A stretch of 64,000 nucleotides of DNA, taken from the NCBI GenBank assembly GCA_943788245.1, contig CALSPN010000003.1, positions 3,548 to 67,547 of the forward strand, written 5' to 3'. The notes below the pieces were generated by a model that had not been told where the DNA came from, did no database searches, and saw only the letters and a program-made list of their open reading frames with translations. The DNA is from an uncultured Verrucomicrobiae bacterium (GTDB lineage Bacteria; Verrucomicrobiota; Verrucomicrobiia; Limisphaerales; AAA164-E04). Position 1 is the stretch's first letter. Each line of letters opens with the position of its first letter. Positions 1 to 10,655 of this stretch are shown here, piece by piece. A program made the translations under genes and the position numbers.

Positions 1-1087
1 AAGCTGCCTGAATACAGAACGCGGTATCGCACACGTCGCGAACTTCGAGGGCATGATGCCTCTGAAGTGATTCCGGCCGTCAGGAATTGGGTCGCATCAC
101 TGGACCGTAATGATCCAAGCTACGATCATCACTTGTGTGAAGGTTTATGGGCCACCTGGGCACAACGTGAAGTGGATCTCAATATTCTCAGTCAGTGCCT
201 GCACGCGCGATCATTTGAAGCACGCGCAGCTGCTGCCAGCGTGCTTCGCTTCGCCTTCCATGAGGTTCCAAACAGCATGAGTTTGCTTTTGCAGGCGGCT
301 CACGACACGCACCCTCGAGTGAGACTTGAGGCTATTGTGGGTGCGTCATGGATGGATAATATGGACGGAGCACGCATTGCGTTGGAAGCCCTGCGCTATC
401 CATTTGATAAATGGACGGGGCCCGTTACACAAACCGTGTTTCACCAGACCCTGGCAGACGATGTTCAAGCGCTCCTTGCGCGTAAAAAAAATCCATATCC
501 AATCGAGCAAAATGAGCGTGCCAAACAGTTTCTGGCAGGTGACCTTGATTTGGTCAAGGGCCTGGAATCGGAAGCCGAAAAAACGTTATGGTCCAACGAC
601 CAGACTGAGCCCATCAGAACGCGAAGAATATGAATTGGGAAGGGAAGTGTTTCGACGTGATGCCCATTGCGCTACTTGCCATCAAACCAATGGAAAGGGA
701 GTTCCCGGTATCTATCCTCCTCTGGAAATGACGGATAATCCATGGCTGGAAGGCAGCGACGAGCGTCTGATTAAAGTGGTGCTCAAAGGGCTCTGGGGGC
801 CCATGAAACTGAGGGCCCAAATATTCGATCCAAGTAAAGGGGTGCCACCAATGCCTGGCTTCGCTTCGTTATTGAGCGATAAGGAAGTAGCTGCGGTGAT
901 TAATTATGCGAGGAATTCGTTCGGGAACAAAGCAGGATTCGTCAAACCCGAAAAAGTTGCCAGCGTTCGTCGTTCTGTTGCGAAGCGACAAGACTTTTAC
1001 CTGATCGAGGAGATAATGAAAGAACACCCAATCCAAGGTTGGCAAAAATGGAAAGATTTCGCCACAGGCTACGAAAGCTTTGAGTAA
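1..1087 (+). CDS. PVC-type heme-binding CxxCH protein, C-terminal part (HEAT-like repeats + cytochrome c domain); 5'-truncated by the window edge; apparent frameshift
   Basis: Frame 1 is open from base 1 (KLPEYRTRYRTRRELRG...) with HEAT-like repeats (ARAAAASVLR, HPRVRLEAIVGAS). Frame 2 continues RYGPTTRL...CATCH...PPMPGF (c-type heme motif, Met ligand). Removing one A from the A6 run at 578-583 joins the two frames. Confidence 0.8.
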
Positions 1088-1282
1088 GATGAAGCGGAGT
1101 GTAATCCGCCACAAGAAAGCCTTCAATCGCTTTGTGTTTTGGATAGCTGAAAACAGGTTGTGTCGTGAATCGATATCAAGTTTTCCCGAACCAGGATCTT
1201 TGTGATCCTGGTTCATTTTTTAGATGGCCATCATCTTCCAAAAAGACTTAATGACGGCAGAACCTGAGTCCACACCTTGCAA

Positions 1283-4200
1283 CTATTTTTCAAGGAGACG
1301 GTAAAACCTTTGACGAACCTGAGTGTCGATGGGGATGTGGATGGGTATGAGTCCCCCTTGGTCGATCTCAAATGTTTCCAATGTACTCCATTCTTGCGAA
1401 ATCAAATCATCTGTGAATTGGATTTCGTAAATCTTGTTGTCGAGAGCTTCAAAAGAGAATTGTGCGGATCCGTCTTGTTCGATCCCTGTGAAACTTAATC
1501 TCGGTGCTGGAGCGATGGTAAGATCGAAAGATACCTCGTCAGTCAGGGCAGGGGATTGGTTATCGCTGACGGTGATTCTGATTCCGAATGTTCCAGCTTC
1601 CGTAGGTGTCCCTGAAATGATTCCTGTGTTTTGGCCTATTGTTAGACCTGTTGGTAATCCCTCTGATTCATAGGTTAGCGGCTGGCTTGGTAAATCCGGG
1701 TCGTTGGCGTTGATGTGTAAGGCAAGAGGAACCATGAGTGTCCAGCTGAAATGATTCAATTCAGGAAGTACCGGAGCTTGGTTGTCCTGCAAATCTGGCA
1801 ATGTTCCAGGTGTTCCAGTATTGCCTGAGGCTATCCACATATATGGATCATTTCCGTAGGCAGCCATTGGCGCACGTTCCAGGCTTGAACCCAGTCCGTC
1901 GGCTTCGATTGGCCAGGGGTTGGTGGGCTCATAACGCACTTGATCCACGATGTACAGAGGGATCGTTCCGTCCAATTCAGGGGTGCCTGGTTTTCTTAAG
2001 CGGACTAATTCACCTGCGTTGTTCAGTGCACCTGACCAGGGGCCAAAGATTTGTAAGGAAGCGTTTAATCCAAGTTGAGATCTGAATGCTTCTGGCTCGA
2101 TTCCAGAAATTAAAATAACCTCACCTGCTTTCACTCTGGCTCCTGATGGGAAATCCAGGTCAATACCTCCGGATAACTTCCACACATTTTGCAGACGCAA
2201 AATGTCGTGCAACGAAACCGTTTCTGAAGTGATATTTGTCAGCTCCACATATTCAAGGCCATTGATTTTCGGGTGATACATGATTTCACTGATAACAACG
2301 GGGCCGATGGCTGGTGAGGCATTTTGGGCTCCGGCAGTTTCTTTTTCCAATCGAGTGAAATCGGTGATGCCATCAGCACGTGTGTATCGGCCGTAAATGG
2401 ATTCTTGGTCTGTGGCTGGAATGTGTACGCTATCCACGAACCGAATGATTTCTCCGTCCTCTGCTATTGTCATTACAATAGCAGATCCCAGTTCACTCAG
2501 TGCGAATCCGAGTTCGACCTCATGAAATACCAGATAACCTTCTGAGGGTATGATGTTGTTCTCTCCGAGTGAAAATCGAAATGGTGTTTCAAATTGATCA
2601 GACAAAAAGTAATTTTTTAGAGAGATGGGACCTTGACCCATGTTGTGTAGTTCAATCCAGTCCACGCCGATGTTGCTGTGAGCAAGGGCTTCATTGATAA
2701 CGGCGGATGGTTGATCAAGATCAATGCGACCGGGTGAACCATGAAACAACGAGCTGGCTTGCCAGTGAGCAGACCGATTGAGTATCGCGTGAAATTCAGA
2801 AATATTTTCGTATTCAAAAAATGGATCACGCGGCTCCAAGGAACTGCCCAGTCCGTCTGCTCTTCTCGGCCAGGAACCCGAATTATCGTACCTTACGGAT
2901 GTCAGGAGCGTTCCGTCGATGCCCATCAATTCAATACGCTCACCGGCATCATCGAGCCGTCCCGACCACTCACCAGCGACCACGATGTCGGGTGAATAAT
3001 AAGTGCCTGCGGGATCCTGATAGCGATCAGCAAAAGGTCCCATTTTTTCTACAATCACCAACAATTCGCCAGGTGCAAGTCTAGATCCCTGAGAAAACAG
3101 AAATTCGATGCCTCCACCGATACGAAGATTAGAGAGATCTTTTGTTTGATTGCTTCGATTGAGGATTTCGATGAATTCAAAATCGTCGGAACCTTTGGGG
3201 TTGTAGTGAATTTCAGAGATGAGAAGGTCTCCGGGCACGGGAAGCTGAGGTTCATCTGTCAGGAATTGGGCTTCTGTCAATGCACTCCAATTACGTCCAT
3301 CGAAACTTCTCAGTTTCACGATCGACTGTTCCTTCAGCGTCAGACTAAGAAAGGCTTCATTTCCGCTCGCTTCCAGCCAGGCATCGAATCTCAAGTCGGA
3401 GCTGGTTGGAGATGTTTGGTGTACTTCTGCCGCTAGAACGTTGTTTCCTGCTCGTAGTAAATTCAGTGGAACATTGAAATTTCTCTCGGCAGATTCCTCT
3501 CCACCACCTGCAGCTGAAAGAGCACGTGTATCGTAGGAAATTTCTCCTGAAGGCAAGTTGTCGCGTGCAATTTCGGTTCCATTTAAATAAATCACCGCCC
3601 CATCGTCTCTGATCAATTTGAGCGTTAATTTTTTAATCTCTGATTTATCTCTTATTCTGAATGAACGACGGAAAAAATAAGAAATGTTTTTTTTGTTGGA
3701 AGCATCCCCGAAATCGAGCGTTGTATTCATCCCGGGATCACCATATCCCAAGGGAGCTCGCCCCTCTTTCCATGCGTTATGATTAAAATCGTTGGATTGC
3801 CAGCCATTTTCAGGAGCTCGCCCTATGTCCAGATAGCGCCAGGTTTCGCTTCTGCTGGTGAGTGCTGCCGCGCCACCGCCTCCTTGGCCGAGTGAAACGG
3901 CGGACGGAGCCACAGCCCCTCCCGGTGATCTTGGGTCGGATCCATCCAGCGTGTAGAACACCTCCCCTGCGCCTGCTTCGATTTCAAGAGGAGTCTCTGG
4001 GAGAATTTTACCTCCGTGCTGGCTCATGACGGGGGCGGGTATGGATGGATAAAGCCCTCGGCCTCGTAGCCGAGAGATGAGTGTATCGGTTTGGGCAGGG
4101 AATAAACTATTGATCGCGTCATTCGCAGCATTCTCCCAACTGTCCGGTGACCGGAAGCCCCAACGAGCTGATTCAACCACCAGACTGTTTTCAATTTCCT

Positions 4201-7200
4201 GCATTCTTTCTTCAAGACGTTGGATGTTTCGTTCGGGCGTCATGGCTCCACCGTTGAACAAGTGCATGTGCGCGCGGTCTGCTAATAAGGTCATGAAGTC
4301 TGGATGCCGTTCGGAGACCAGGGATCCGAATAAACCACCTGGTCCTGAATTACTGGTGCGATCGCCAGGAGAACGAATGTGACCATCCGCATCGCCGAGC
4401 CAGAATTTAAAACCGGATCCAGGTTGTATGGGGCCTGCGGCACGGTATTCGGATTCGGCATTTCCAAAAGTCCACATCAACATGAAATCGATTAAATGTT
4501 CGACATCTACCCATTCTTTGATCTCTTCATAGTTTCCACTCAATCTCCTTACGCTTTCCCACGGTCCACGATTCACCGGATCAGGGGTTCCGGGTACAAA
4601 ACCACTGCCTGCATTGTCGTTGCCCCTTACGTTGGTGTAATTTTCAGTCTTTCCACCAAGGTAGTCCGCCAGGAAAGCATCGGTCAGGCGTTCTCGTGCA
4701 TGATATTGTCCCCAATAAGTTCCGTTGAAGAAAAGATGAACAAAGCGTCCATGGGGATTCAAACTGCCCATTTCAAGCATGGTGTCTTCACTGAAACGAG
4801 CGGACATGTAAAATCCGCGTGAATTCATGTCATGCCCGCCGGCCCGTAAATCCAGTTCATCAAATTGATCGATCGCCATGATGCCATGATCGAAGCCTTC
4901 AAAGAGGGGGAGTTCGAGTTTGCGAGTTCCATATTCGGGCCGAAATTTAAGGCGATAGTTTTTCTTGGGAAATTCAGTCCACGCGCCGCCGAAGCGTTTG
5001 ATCCCGGCGTTTACCTGCAATGGTTTCGCTCCAGGAAGAAAAAATTCAACCGATGCTTCCCGTTCATTCCAGTCATCGGGTAACTCAGGAACAGCAATCG
5101 AGACAACGGGCAGATCGGTCATGCCCTTTTGCAATCGGTCAATGTAGCGTGAATTACCCGTGATGGTTCGGTTCATATTGGAGGCCCGCAACGTATCTTC
5201 CACGTAAAGATAGGTGTGTGTTTGCGTTCTGGGTGATTTGTAGCCCTTGCGTCGAACCTCAGCTCGTGCTGTTGTGTTGCCGGAAATGCGTAGCGGAGCT
5301 GTGTAAAGTTTGTTGGGGGCGGTGCCGTCGAGTGAAATCAAAATGTCGGATTCTGTATTTGAATTCTCAATACTCAGCGTAAATGGATCTTCATGCATGC
5401 CGCGTTTTTGACTGAACGTCAGTGGCCTCAACCAGCCTTTATATTCTTGCCCCAGATTCGCTTTATTCGGGGTAGGTTCCATGAATGTCCATTGACCGGT
5501 CATCGATTTTCCGTATGCCAGATCCACTCTTTGAGGAGGGAAAGAATCCAGCTTATCGGTAATGGTGACACCATCAGGTTGGGTCAATTGCAGTGATTCC
5601 CCTGAGGCGTCCAGAGAAAAGTTGGCATGCAGCCAGCCTTCAGAGTCCCTGGGGTCATTTCTGTTCGAAGCGAAGACAATGGTCGAACCATGCGGGGGCA
5701 AAACGACATCTTCGGGGAATTCCCACTTCATGGGTTGTGTTGGATCATCGCTTAATCCATAGCCAGCGAGTGAAAGTGGATCGTTGTTGGGATTGCGAAG
5801 TTCAATCCAGTCGGGGGAACGACCCCTGCCGTCCTGTAAAGAAGTTTGGTTGTTGGCGACGAACTCATTGATGTAAGGCGACAGCACTTTTCCATCGACA
5901 TACACCGTCTCGTACTTGACCTGATGGCCATCGTGAGAAATGCCATCCAAAGCAAATTCAGTGCTCTTGACAGGCGCAATTTCAATTTCTCCTTTGCCTG
6001 TGGATTGGGTCAGGGGGCCTAGTGATTGTGATTGGGGATACAATCGAAGTTCTCGTAAATCACGTTCACTCCAGGCAAGACGGGTGCTTGATCCCTGTGT
6101 GATATTATTCAGCGTGGATCCAAACTCGTGCAGTCCTGCTTCGTTCAAAGGCAGTCCAAAAGCCTGAAGTTCTTTCAATCCAAGATACCAGGAAACCCCG
6201 GGAGGATCCGATCGCTCTTTATTTTCATAGCCGATTCTCACATAACGAGCGGCCACAGGGCCAGGCAAAGTGACGTCAAAGATTGCTTCGCGTCCATCCA
6301 AATGCTGTGAGAAAACAGAATTATGGTCTCCGTCATAGACGCGCACCGTGGTGTGGGTAAGGCGTCGTTGGAATCCGTCGGCGGCAATGACACGCACCTG
6401 ATAAAGTGCTTTTTCTTCCCCAAAATCGGTCTCCCAATAAGATCCGACCGCTCGATTGGTCGTTTCGGTATGAGTGTTGTATTTACCATCGTTACCATTT
6501 GCGGTTGGGGGTAATCCTTCGTTGAATCGCATCATGTAGGCTTCCGCATTCAGCGCGAGATTTTCCGAAGTAAAAAGCATCACCTCAGCAAGCGATATGA
6601 TCTGGTCACCTGCGTCGTTCTTTTGATTTTCAGGCAAGCTTATGCGGACGAATCGTCCTTGTGTTCCCGTGGGGGCACTGTAATGCCATACACCTTCGCT
6701 GCCCGGATCGGTGACTTGAGCCTTTGCTACAGTGACGGAATGTTTATCAAGGATTTCCAGCTGCAAGCCACCCATCCTGCGACTTTGGGTTCCACGCCGG
6801 TTTACCAGCTCGATACGTTGAATGGGGCGTTCTCTGTCCAGAGATAGCAACCAGAAGTTTCCATCAGTATCATTCGATTCACTGTAAGTTTGAAAGTCTC
6901 CATCAATCGCACGTTCCGCCGCGTTTGTTCCCCCTGATTGCGATGCCACCGCGATGTCACTCAATCGAATGGCTCCACAGGAGGGGCTTGGGTCGCCGAA
7001 AAGGCGTAACTCAGCCAGGGCTACCTGGTAGCCGCCGGTTCCGTTTTGTTGCCCTTCATTCAGTTCCATCCGCACAACACGACCTTGAACGCCGCCAGGG
7101 ATGGCAAGTTTCCAGACACTGCCGGGAGCCATGGATGGCATTTTTTGCTCAAACATGACCCGGTCGCGTAAATCATGGATGCGCAGCATGACTCCATTCA

Positions 7201-8569
7201 TTGTGCTGGCGAGAGAAGGGGAGCTTGGTGCTACGATTTCCAGACGGTTGATGAGTGCCGGGTACTGGAGTTCAATCTCCCACCAGGCGCCGGGTGTGTT
7301 GTCCGTAACGGCTTGAGTATTGTTTCGTCCATCAATGGCCAACCCCGCCGTATTCACTCCGGCTGAGTCGGGAGCCTGATTTGCTTTACCCATGGTAGAG
7401 AGATCCAGTTGAACATCAGCTCTTGCCTTGAGTGGATCAAATGTATTGAAACCCCAATCAAGCGAAGAGACGCGACCTTCCGAATCACTGGCGGTCACTC
7501 TCGCAATGTATGTTTCATTTGCCGCAAGGGGGAGGCTGTAAGCGACAGTGCGCTCCTGTGCATTTTCCGAAAAGGTCAAGGCGCTGGAAACATCAATGCC
7601 ATTGAGGGATAACTTAATATCGCCTGTGCTTACGGTATTCGGTGTTTCAGTCGAAACCGTAAATCCCAGCCCTCCATCCGGTGAGTAAAACTCGGTGCCA
7701 TCTGCGGGAGAAATTTGGCTGATGCGCGGCGGCCATTCTTCACCCGGCAGGGCCAATTCCAGGGGCGGCGTTCCAGTGGCGAGGGCTTTGATCTGGTTTT
7801 CATTCAGAGCGATACCAAATACAGCCACATCATCCATGAGTCCGTGGAAGGCGAATTGCGGTTCTCTGGCGGCCTGGCCAAGCACCAGTCCCGTCCAATC
7901 CGTTAACAAAGGGGTGGCGCCGGAGGTCTGCTCCAAGGCAAGTTTTCCGTTCATCCATACCTGTTTGGCTTCGCCTTCTTTGATTAAAGCAATGTGATGC
8001 CATGCACCCCAATCTTCGACGAGGCCCTGCCCATTCAAGCGGTTTCCCGGAGTTCCACAGCAGCCTGATGTATCGAAATAAATACTGCCATTTCCCCAAG
8101 GTGCATGAGCTTGAAGGCCTCGGTCCCCTGATCCCGCTGATGGCGAGGTAAACCATATTGAGGCGCTGTTGGCGATTTCTCCTTCATGCCAGCGTTGCCA
8201 GAATGCGACGGAGATGATGTCTTCCTCATTCGATGCATTCAGTTTTTCCGCAAAGGCAGCACCTTCAGGAGTGTTGTTCACTACGATGGCATGTGTGGGT
8301 CTTTCTGCAGATCCAGTGGTTCCCAGATTCAGCGCCCTGTCGCCAGCCTTGCCCGTGTGCCCCGCTCTATCCGAGCTAAAAGCGGCATCCCCCACAAAAT
8401 TGATTTGTGTGCCGTCATTCAGACTGATGGCGTGGTCACCTGTGTTGGCATCGTTAAAATCCCAGACAACCAGAATATCATCAAGGGCGAGAGATTCAAA
8501 TGCCTGTCCGAGACCGATGTGACAAAAACTGAGGAGGGCCGCCAGGATGCCGTAAAATTGAATATTCAT
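1283..8569 (-). CDS. Giant secreted multidomain protein (2428 aa): LamG, Ig-like, three discoidin/fucolectin-like, lamin-tail domains, CotH-like kinase, He_PIG-like, C-terminal sorting-like domain
   Basis: Signal peptide; LamG motifs (WHHIAL, FHGLMDDVAVF); lamin-tail motifs (INEFVANN..DWIELRN, ISEIHYNP..EFIEI, INEALAH..DWIELHN, ISEIMYHP..EYVEL); CotH-like motifs (KKNYRLKFR, GRFVHLFFNGTYWGQY); Ig-like GLPTGLTI..TGIISGTPT; ends RFYRLLEK. Confidence 0.85.
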   Translation of the reverse strand: MNIQFYGILAALLSFCHIGLGQAFESLALDDILVVWDFNDANTGDHAISLNDGTQINFVGDAAFSSDRAGHTGKAGDRALNLGTTGSAERPTHAIVVNNTPEGAAFAEKLNASNEEDIISVAFWQRWHEGEIANSASIWFTSPSAGSGDRGLQAHAPWGNGSIYFDTSGCCGTPGNRLNGQGLVEDWGAWHHIALIKEGEAKQVWMNGKLALEQTSGATPLLTDWTGLVLGQAAREPQFAFHGLMDDVAVFGIALNENQIKALATGTPPLELALPGEEWPPRISQISPADGTEFYSPDGGLGFTVSTETPNTVSTGDIKLSLNGIDVSSALTFSENAQERTVAYSLPLAANETYIARVTASDSEGRVSSLDWGFNTFDPLKARADVQLDLSTMGKANQAPDSAGVNTAGLAIDGRNNTQAVTDNTPGAWWEIELQYPALINRLEIVAPSSPSLASTMNGVMLRIHDLRDRVMFEQKMPSMAPGSVWKLAIPGGVQGRVVRMELNEGQQNGTGGYQVALAELRLFGDPSPSCGAIRLSDIAVASQSGGTNAAERAIDGDFQTYSESNDTDGNFWLLSLDRERPIQRIELVNRRGTQSRRMGGLQLEILDKHSVTVAKAQVTDPGSEGVWHYSAPTGTQGRFVRISLPENQKNDAGDQIISLAEVMLFTSENLALNAEAYMMRFNEGLPPTANGNDGKYNTHTETTNRAVGSYWETDFGEEKALYQVRVIAADGFQRRLTHTTVRVYDGDHNSVFSQHLDGREAIFDVTLPGPVAARYVRIGYENKERSDPPGVSWYLGLKELQAFGLPLNEAGLHEFGSTLNNITQGSSTRLAWSERDLRELRLYPQSQSLGPLTQSTGKGEIEIAPVKSTEFALDGISHDGHQVKYETVYVDGKVLSPYINEFVANNQTSLQDGRGRSPDWIELRNPNNDPLSLAGYGLSDDPTQPMKWEFPEDVVLPPHGSTIVFASNRNDPRDSEGWLHANFSLDASGESLQLTQPDGVTITDKLDSFPPQRVDLAYGKSMTGQWTFMEPTPNKANLGQEYKGWLRPLTFSQKRGMHEDPFTLSIENSNTESDILISLDGTAPNKLYTAPLRISGNTTARAEVRRKGYKSPRTQTHTYLYVEDTLRASNMNRTITGNSRYIDRLQKGMTDLPVVSIAVPELPDDWNEREASVEFFLPGAKPLQVNAGIKRFGGAWTEFPKKNYRLKFRPEYGTRKLELPLFEGFDHGIMAIDQFDELDLRAGGHDMNSRGFYMSARFSEDTMLEMGSLNPHGRFVHLFFNGTYWGQYHARERLTDAFLADYLGGKTENYTNVRGNDNAGSGFVPGTPDPVNRGPWESVRRLSGNYEEIKEWVDVEHLIDFMLMWTFGNAESEYRAAGPIQPGSGFKFWLGDADGHIRSPGDRTSNSGPGGLFGSLVSERHPDFMTLLADRAHMHLFNGGAMTPERNIQRLEERMQEIENSLVVESARWGFRSPDSWENAANDAINSLFPAQTDTLISRLRGRGLYPSIPAPVMSQHGGKILPETPLEIEAGAGEVFYTLDGSDPRSPGGAVAPSAVSLGQGGGGAAALTSRSETWRYLDIGRAPENGWQSNDFNHNAWKEGRAPLGYGDPGMNTTLDFGDASNKKNISYFFRRSFRIRDKSEIKKLTLKLIRDDGAVIYLNGTEIARDNLPSGEISYDTRALSAAGGGEESAERNFNVPLNLLRAGNNVLAAEVHQTSPTSSDLRFDAWLEASGNEAFLSLTLKEQSIVKLRSFDGRNWSALTEAQFLTDEPQLPVPGDLLISEIHYNPKGSDDFEFIEILNRSNQTKDLSNLRIGGGIEFLFSQGSRLAPGELLVIVEKMGPFADRYQDPAGTYYSPDIVVAGEWSGRLDDAGERIELMGIDGTLLTSVRYDNSGSWPRRADGLGSSLEPRDPFFEYENISEFHAILNRSAHWQASSLFHGSPGRIDLDQPSAVINEALAHSNIGVDWIELHNMGQGPISLKNYFLSDQFETPFRFSLGENNIIPSEGYLVFHEVELGFALSELGSAIVMTIAEDGEIIRFVDSVHIPATDQESIYGRYTRADGITDFTRLEKETAGAQNASPAIGPVVISEIMYHPKINGLEYVELTNITSETVSLHDILRLQNVWKLSGGIDLDFPSGARVKAGEVILISGIEPEAFRSQLGLNASLQIFGPWSGALNNAGELVRLRKPGTPELDGTIPLYIVDQVRYEPTNPWPIEADGLGSSLERAPMAAYGNDPYMWIASGNTGTPGTLPDLQDNQAPVLPELNHFSWTLMVPLALHINANDPDLPSQPLTYESEGLPTGLTIGQNTGIISGTPTEAGTFGIRITVSDNQSPALTDEVSFDLTIAPAPRLSFTGIEQDGSAQFSFEALDNKIYEIQFTDDLISQEWSTLETFEIDQGGLIPIHIPIDTQVRQRFYRLLEK

Positions 8570-9464
8570 GGTTTATGAAAAAGAATATCTAGCAGAATAC
8601 ATGCCGTTTTGCCAGTTTTAGAGATGAGGAACGAAAATGAATATTATCCATGAAGCGAAGGTTTTTTAAAAATTATCCTTCAATGCAAACAGAATGGTTC
8701 CCTAACTTTTGAGCCCATAATTTTCTGACCGTCGGTCGGTTGATGCTGTTTCAATTTACGCACTGGCACTCAAATTTCAGTAAAACAAGCGACTCGTATT
8801 TATCAGTCAGCGTTTTCGGTTCAGTGAGCTTTCACGCAGGAGACCTGCCATGGGTAATAAACCGTCTCAGGATATCAGTGCGAATTTATGGTCATGGCAA
8901 ACGATGTTCTTGGCATTTTATTGGTCAGCTGGATCACTGTATTCACTCATGATTCACATTTATCTGCCTCGAAGATATTGTCAGTTGGTTTTGCCAGAAA
9001 TCTGCCGCCCGTTAACTGACTTGCCCACTCATTTACCGAGTGATGAGGCAGGGGGCATTTGTAATTTGTTGGCGTGCGATTTTTACGGAATGCAAGGTCG
9101 CTGCTCATTGTTCTTGATAACCTAATCCTTTCAACACCAAGTATATCATGCTATCGCGCTCTTGATTATGAACTCACTCTGAAAGGAAGACAGTGGGAAT
9201 AAAAAGTGCATCTGGTCCGCTACATGAGTAATTTATCTCGAACTGTTATTCGATCTAGAGCACACCGAAGTCGACAAAAGGCAAACGATAAAACCGTTGC
9301 ATCACTCAAGGTCTGAATTAAGGTTTAGATTATCTTGATTTTATCAAGCATCTGTTAAAAGTGTTTTTATGCGTGACAACGAGCCTGGGAATTACATTGC
9401 GTGGCAAACCTCTAGACCTGTTTGCTGGACCCTAGCATCATTGCTCCTGAGATCATCTTAACCC

Positions 9465-10611
9465 ATGTGCAGCGCTCCTGTTAGTTTACAAGCAAGGCTT
9501 GGAAAGTTTCACTTTTCAGATCATTCCCGGCTCTTTTTTATAATTGTCTTTTTGGCATGCAGTAGTTTTCTTGTTGCAGACATCACCTGTCGTATTCTTT
9601 CTCCTGACAACAACCGGGTACCTCGTAAACTGCTAAACATTGTTCATTCGATCGAAGGTCAGCGTGAGATGGGTATCCCTGAGGAAGCGCAGGTCGCTTT
9701 CGACAATTTCCTCAGAAAAACGGATGTCGAATGGATGCGGATCCGCGTGCGCCCTGAAGTTGAACAACTACCTGTCATAGCCAAGGTGGAGCGCCTGGTG
9801 GTTGAGGAAGTCAGACTTCGTTTTGGTCAAAAAGCGCTTTTGCGTCTCAATCAACTGGAGCTTCAAGCTCAAGGCAGTCGAGCTTTTTTGCGCCCTGAGG
9901 TGGAGGGTTACCTGAATCTGACTGACCCCTCAAATGAACCGCTTGAATGCTTTGTTTGATCAAACAGAGAAGGCTGCTGAGGTGGCTCGGACGGCGGTCA
10001 AGCAATCAGACCCCACCCAGCGTCTGGCCGCCACACAATACGCGCGGCTGCGCGCCGGTGAAACCAGGGGTGTACGCCTGATACTGACTCCGGATCAGCG
10101 TGCGCGTTATCGCAGAGCACTTGGGCCTGTAAGGAATACAAATCGCTTTGAGCGCATTTACGCGCAGGCCCCTGAACTGATTGACTCGGGTGCCTGGCTG
10201 GATGATAGTCCGGTTCGCCTTGCAGACTTGCGTGGCAAGGTTGTCTTGTTGCATTTTTACGCCTTTCAGTGTCACAACTGTCAGGCCAATTTTGGCATCT
10301 ACAACAACTGGGAACGCAGGCTTAGGGAAAAGGGTGTTGAAATAATTGGGATACAGACACCCGAAACTGCAGCTGAAGCTGAGCCAGCGAGGGTGACAGC
10401 GGATGCTCACCAGCAGGGCTTTGAATTTCCCGTCTTGATTGACCTTGCAAAAAAGAATTGGGATGCCTGGGGTAACACCATGTGGCCGACCGTTTACGTT
10501 GTCGATAAACGAGGCTATATTCGCTATTGGTGGATGGGAGAGCTCCAATGGCAAGGGGCTCGGGGAGACAAATATATCGAACGTCTGGTAGACAAACTTC
10601 GTCTCGAGTGA
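9465..10611 (+). CDS. Redoxin/TlpA-like thioredoxin-fold protein with long N-terminal helical extension; apparent frameshift
   Basis: C-terminal ORF has LADLRGKVVLLHFYAFQCHNC and WPTVYVVDKRGYIRY (redoxin fold, CxxC). Removing one C from the C4 run at 9926-9929 fuses ORF 9465-9959 into it (LTDPQMNRL). Start codon uncertain. Confidence 0.75.
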
Positions 10612-10655
10612 CCATGAATCACGTGCACGTCATCAGTTACAAATTGAGTCTGTGT

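Noticed and set aside
1277-8578. Many + strand ORFs overlapping the giant CotH gene (and similar antisense ORFs elsewhere)
   Set aside because: Antisense shadows of a long, motif-rich coding frame.
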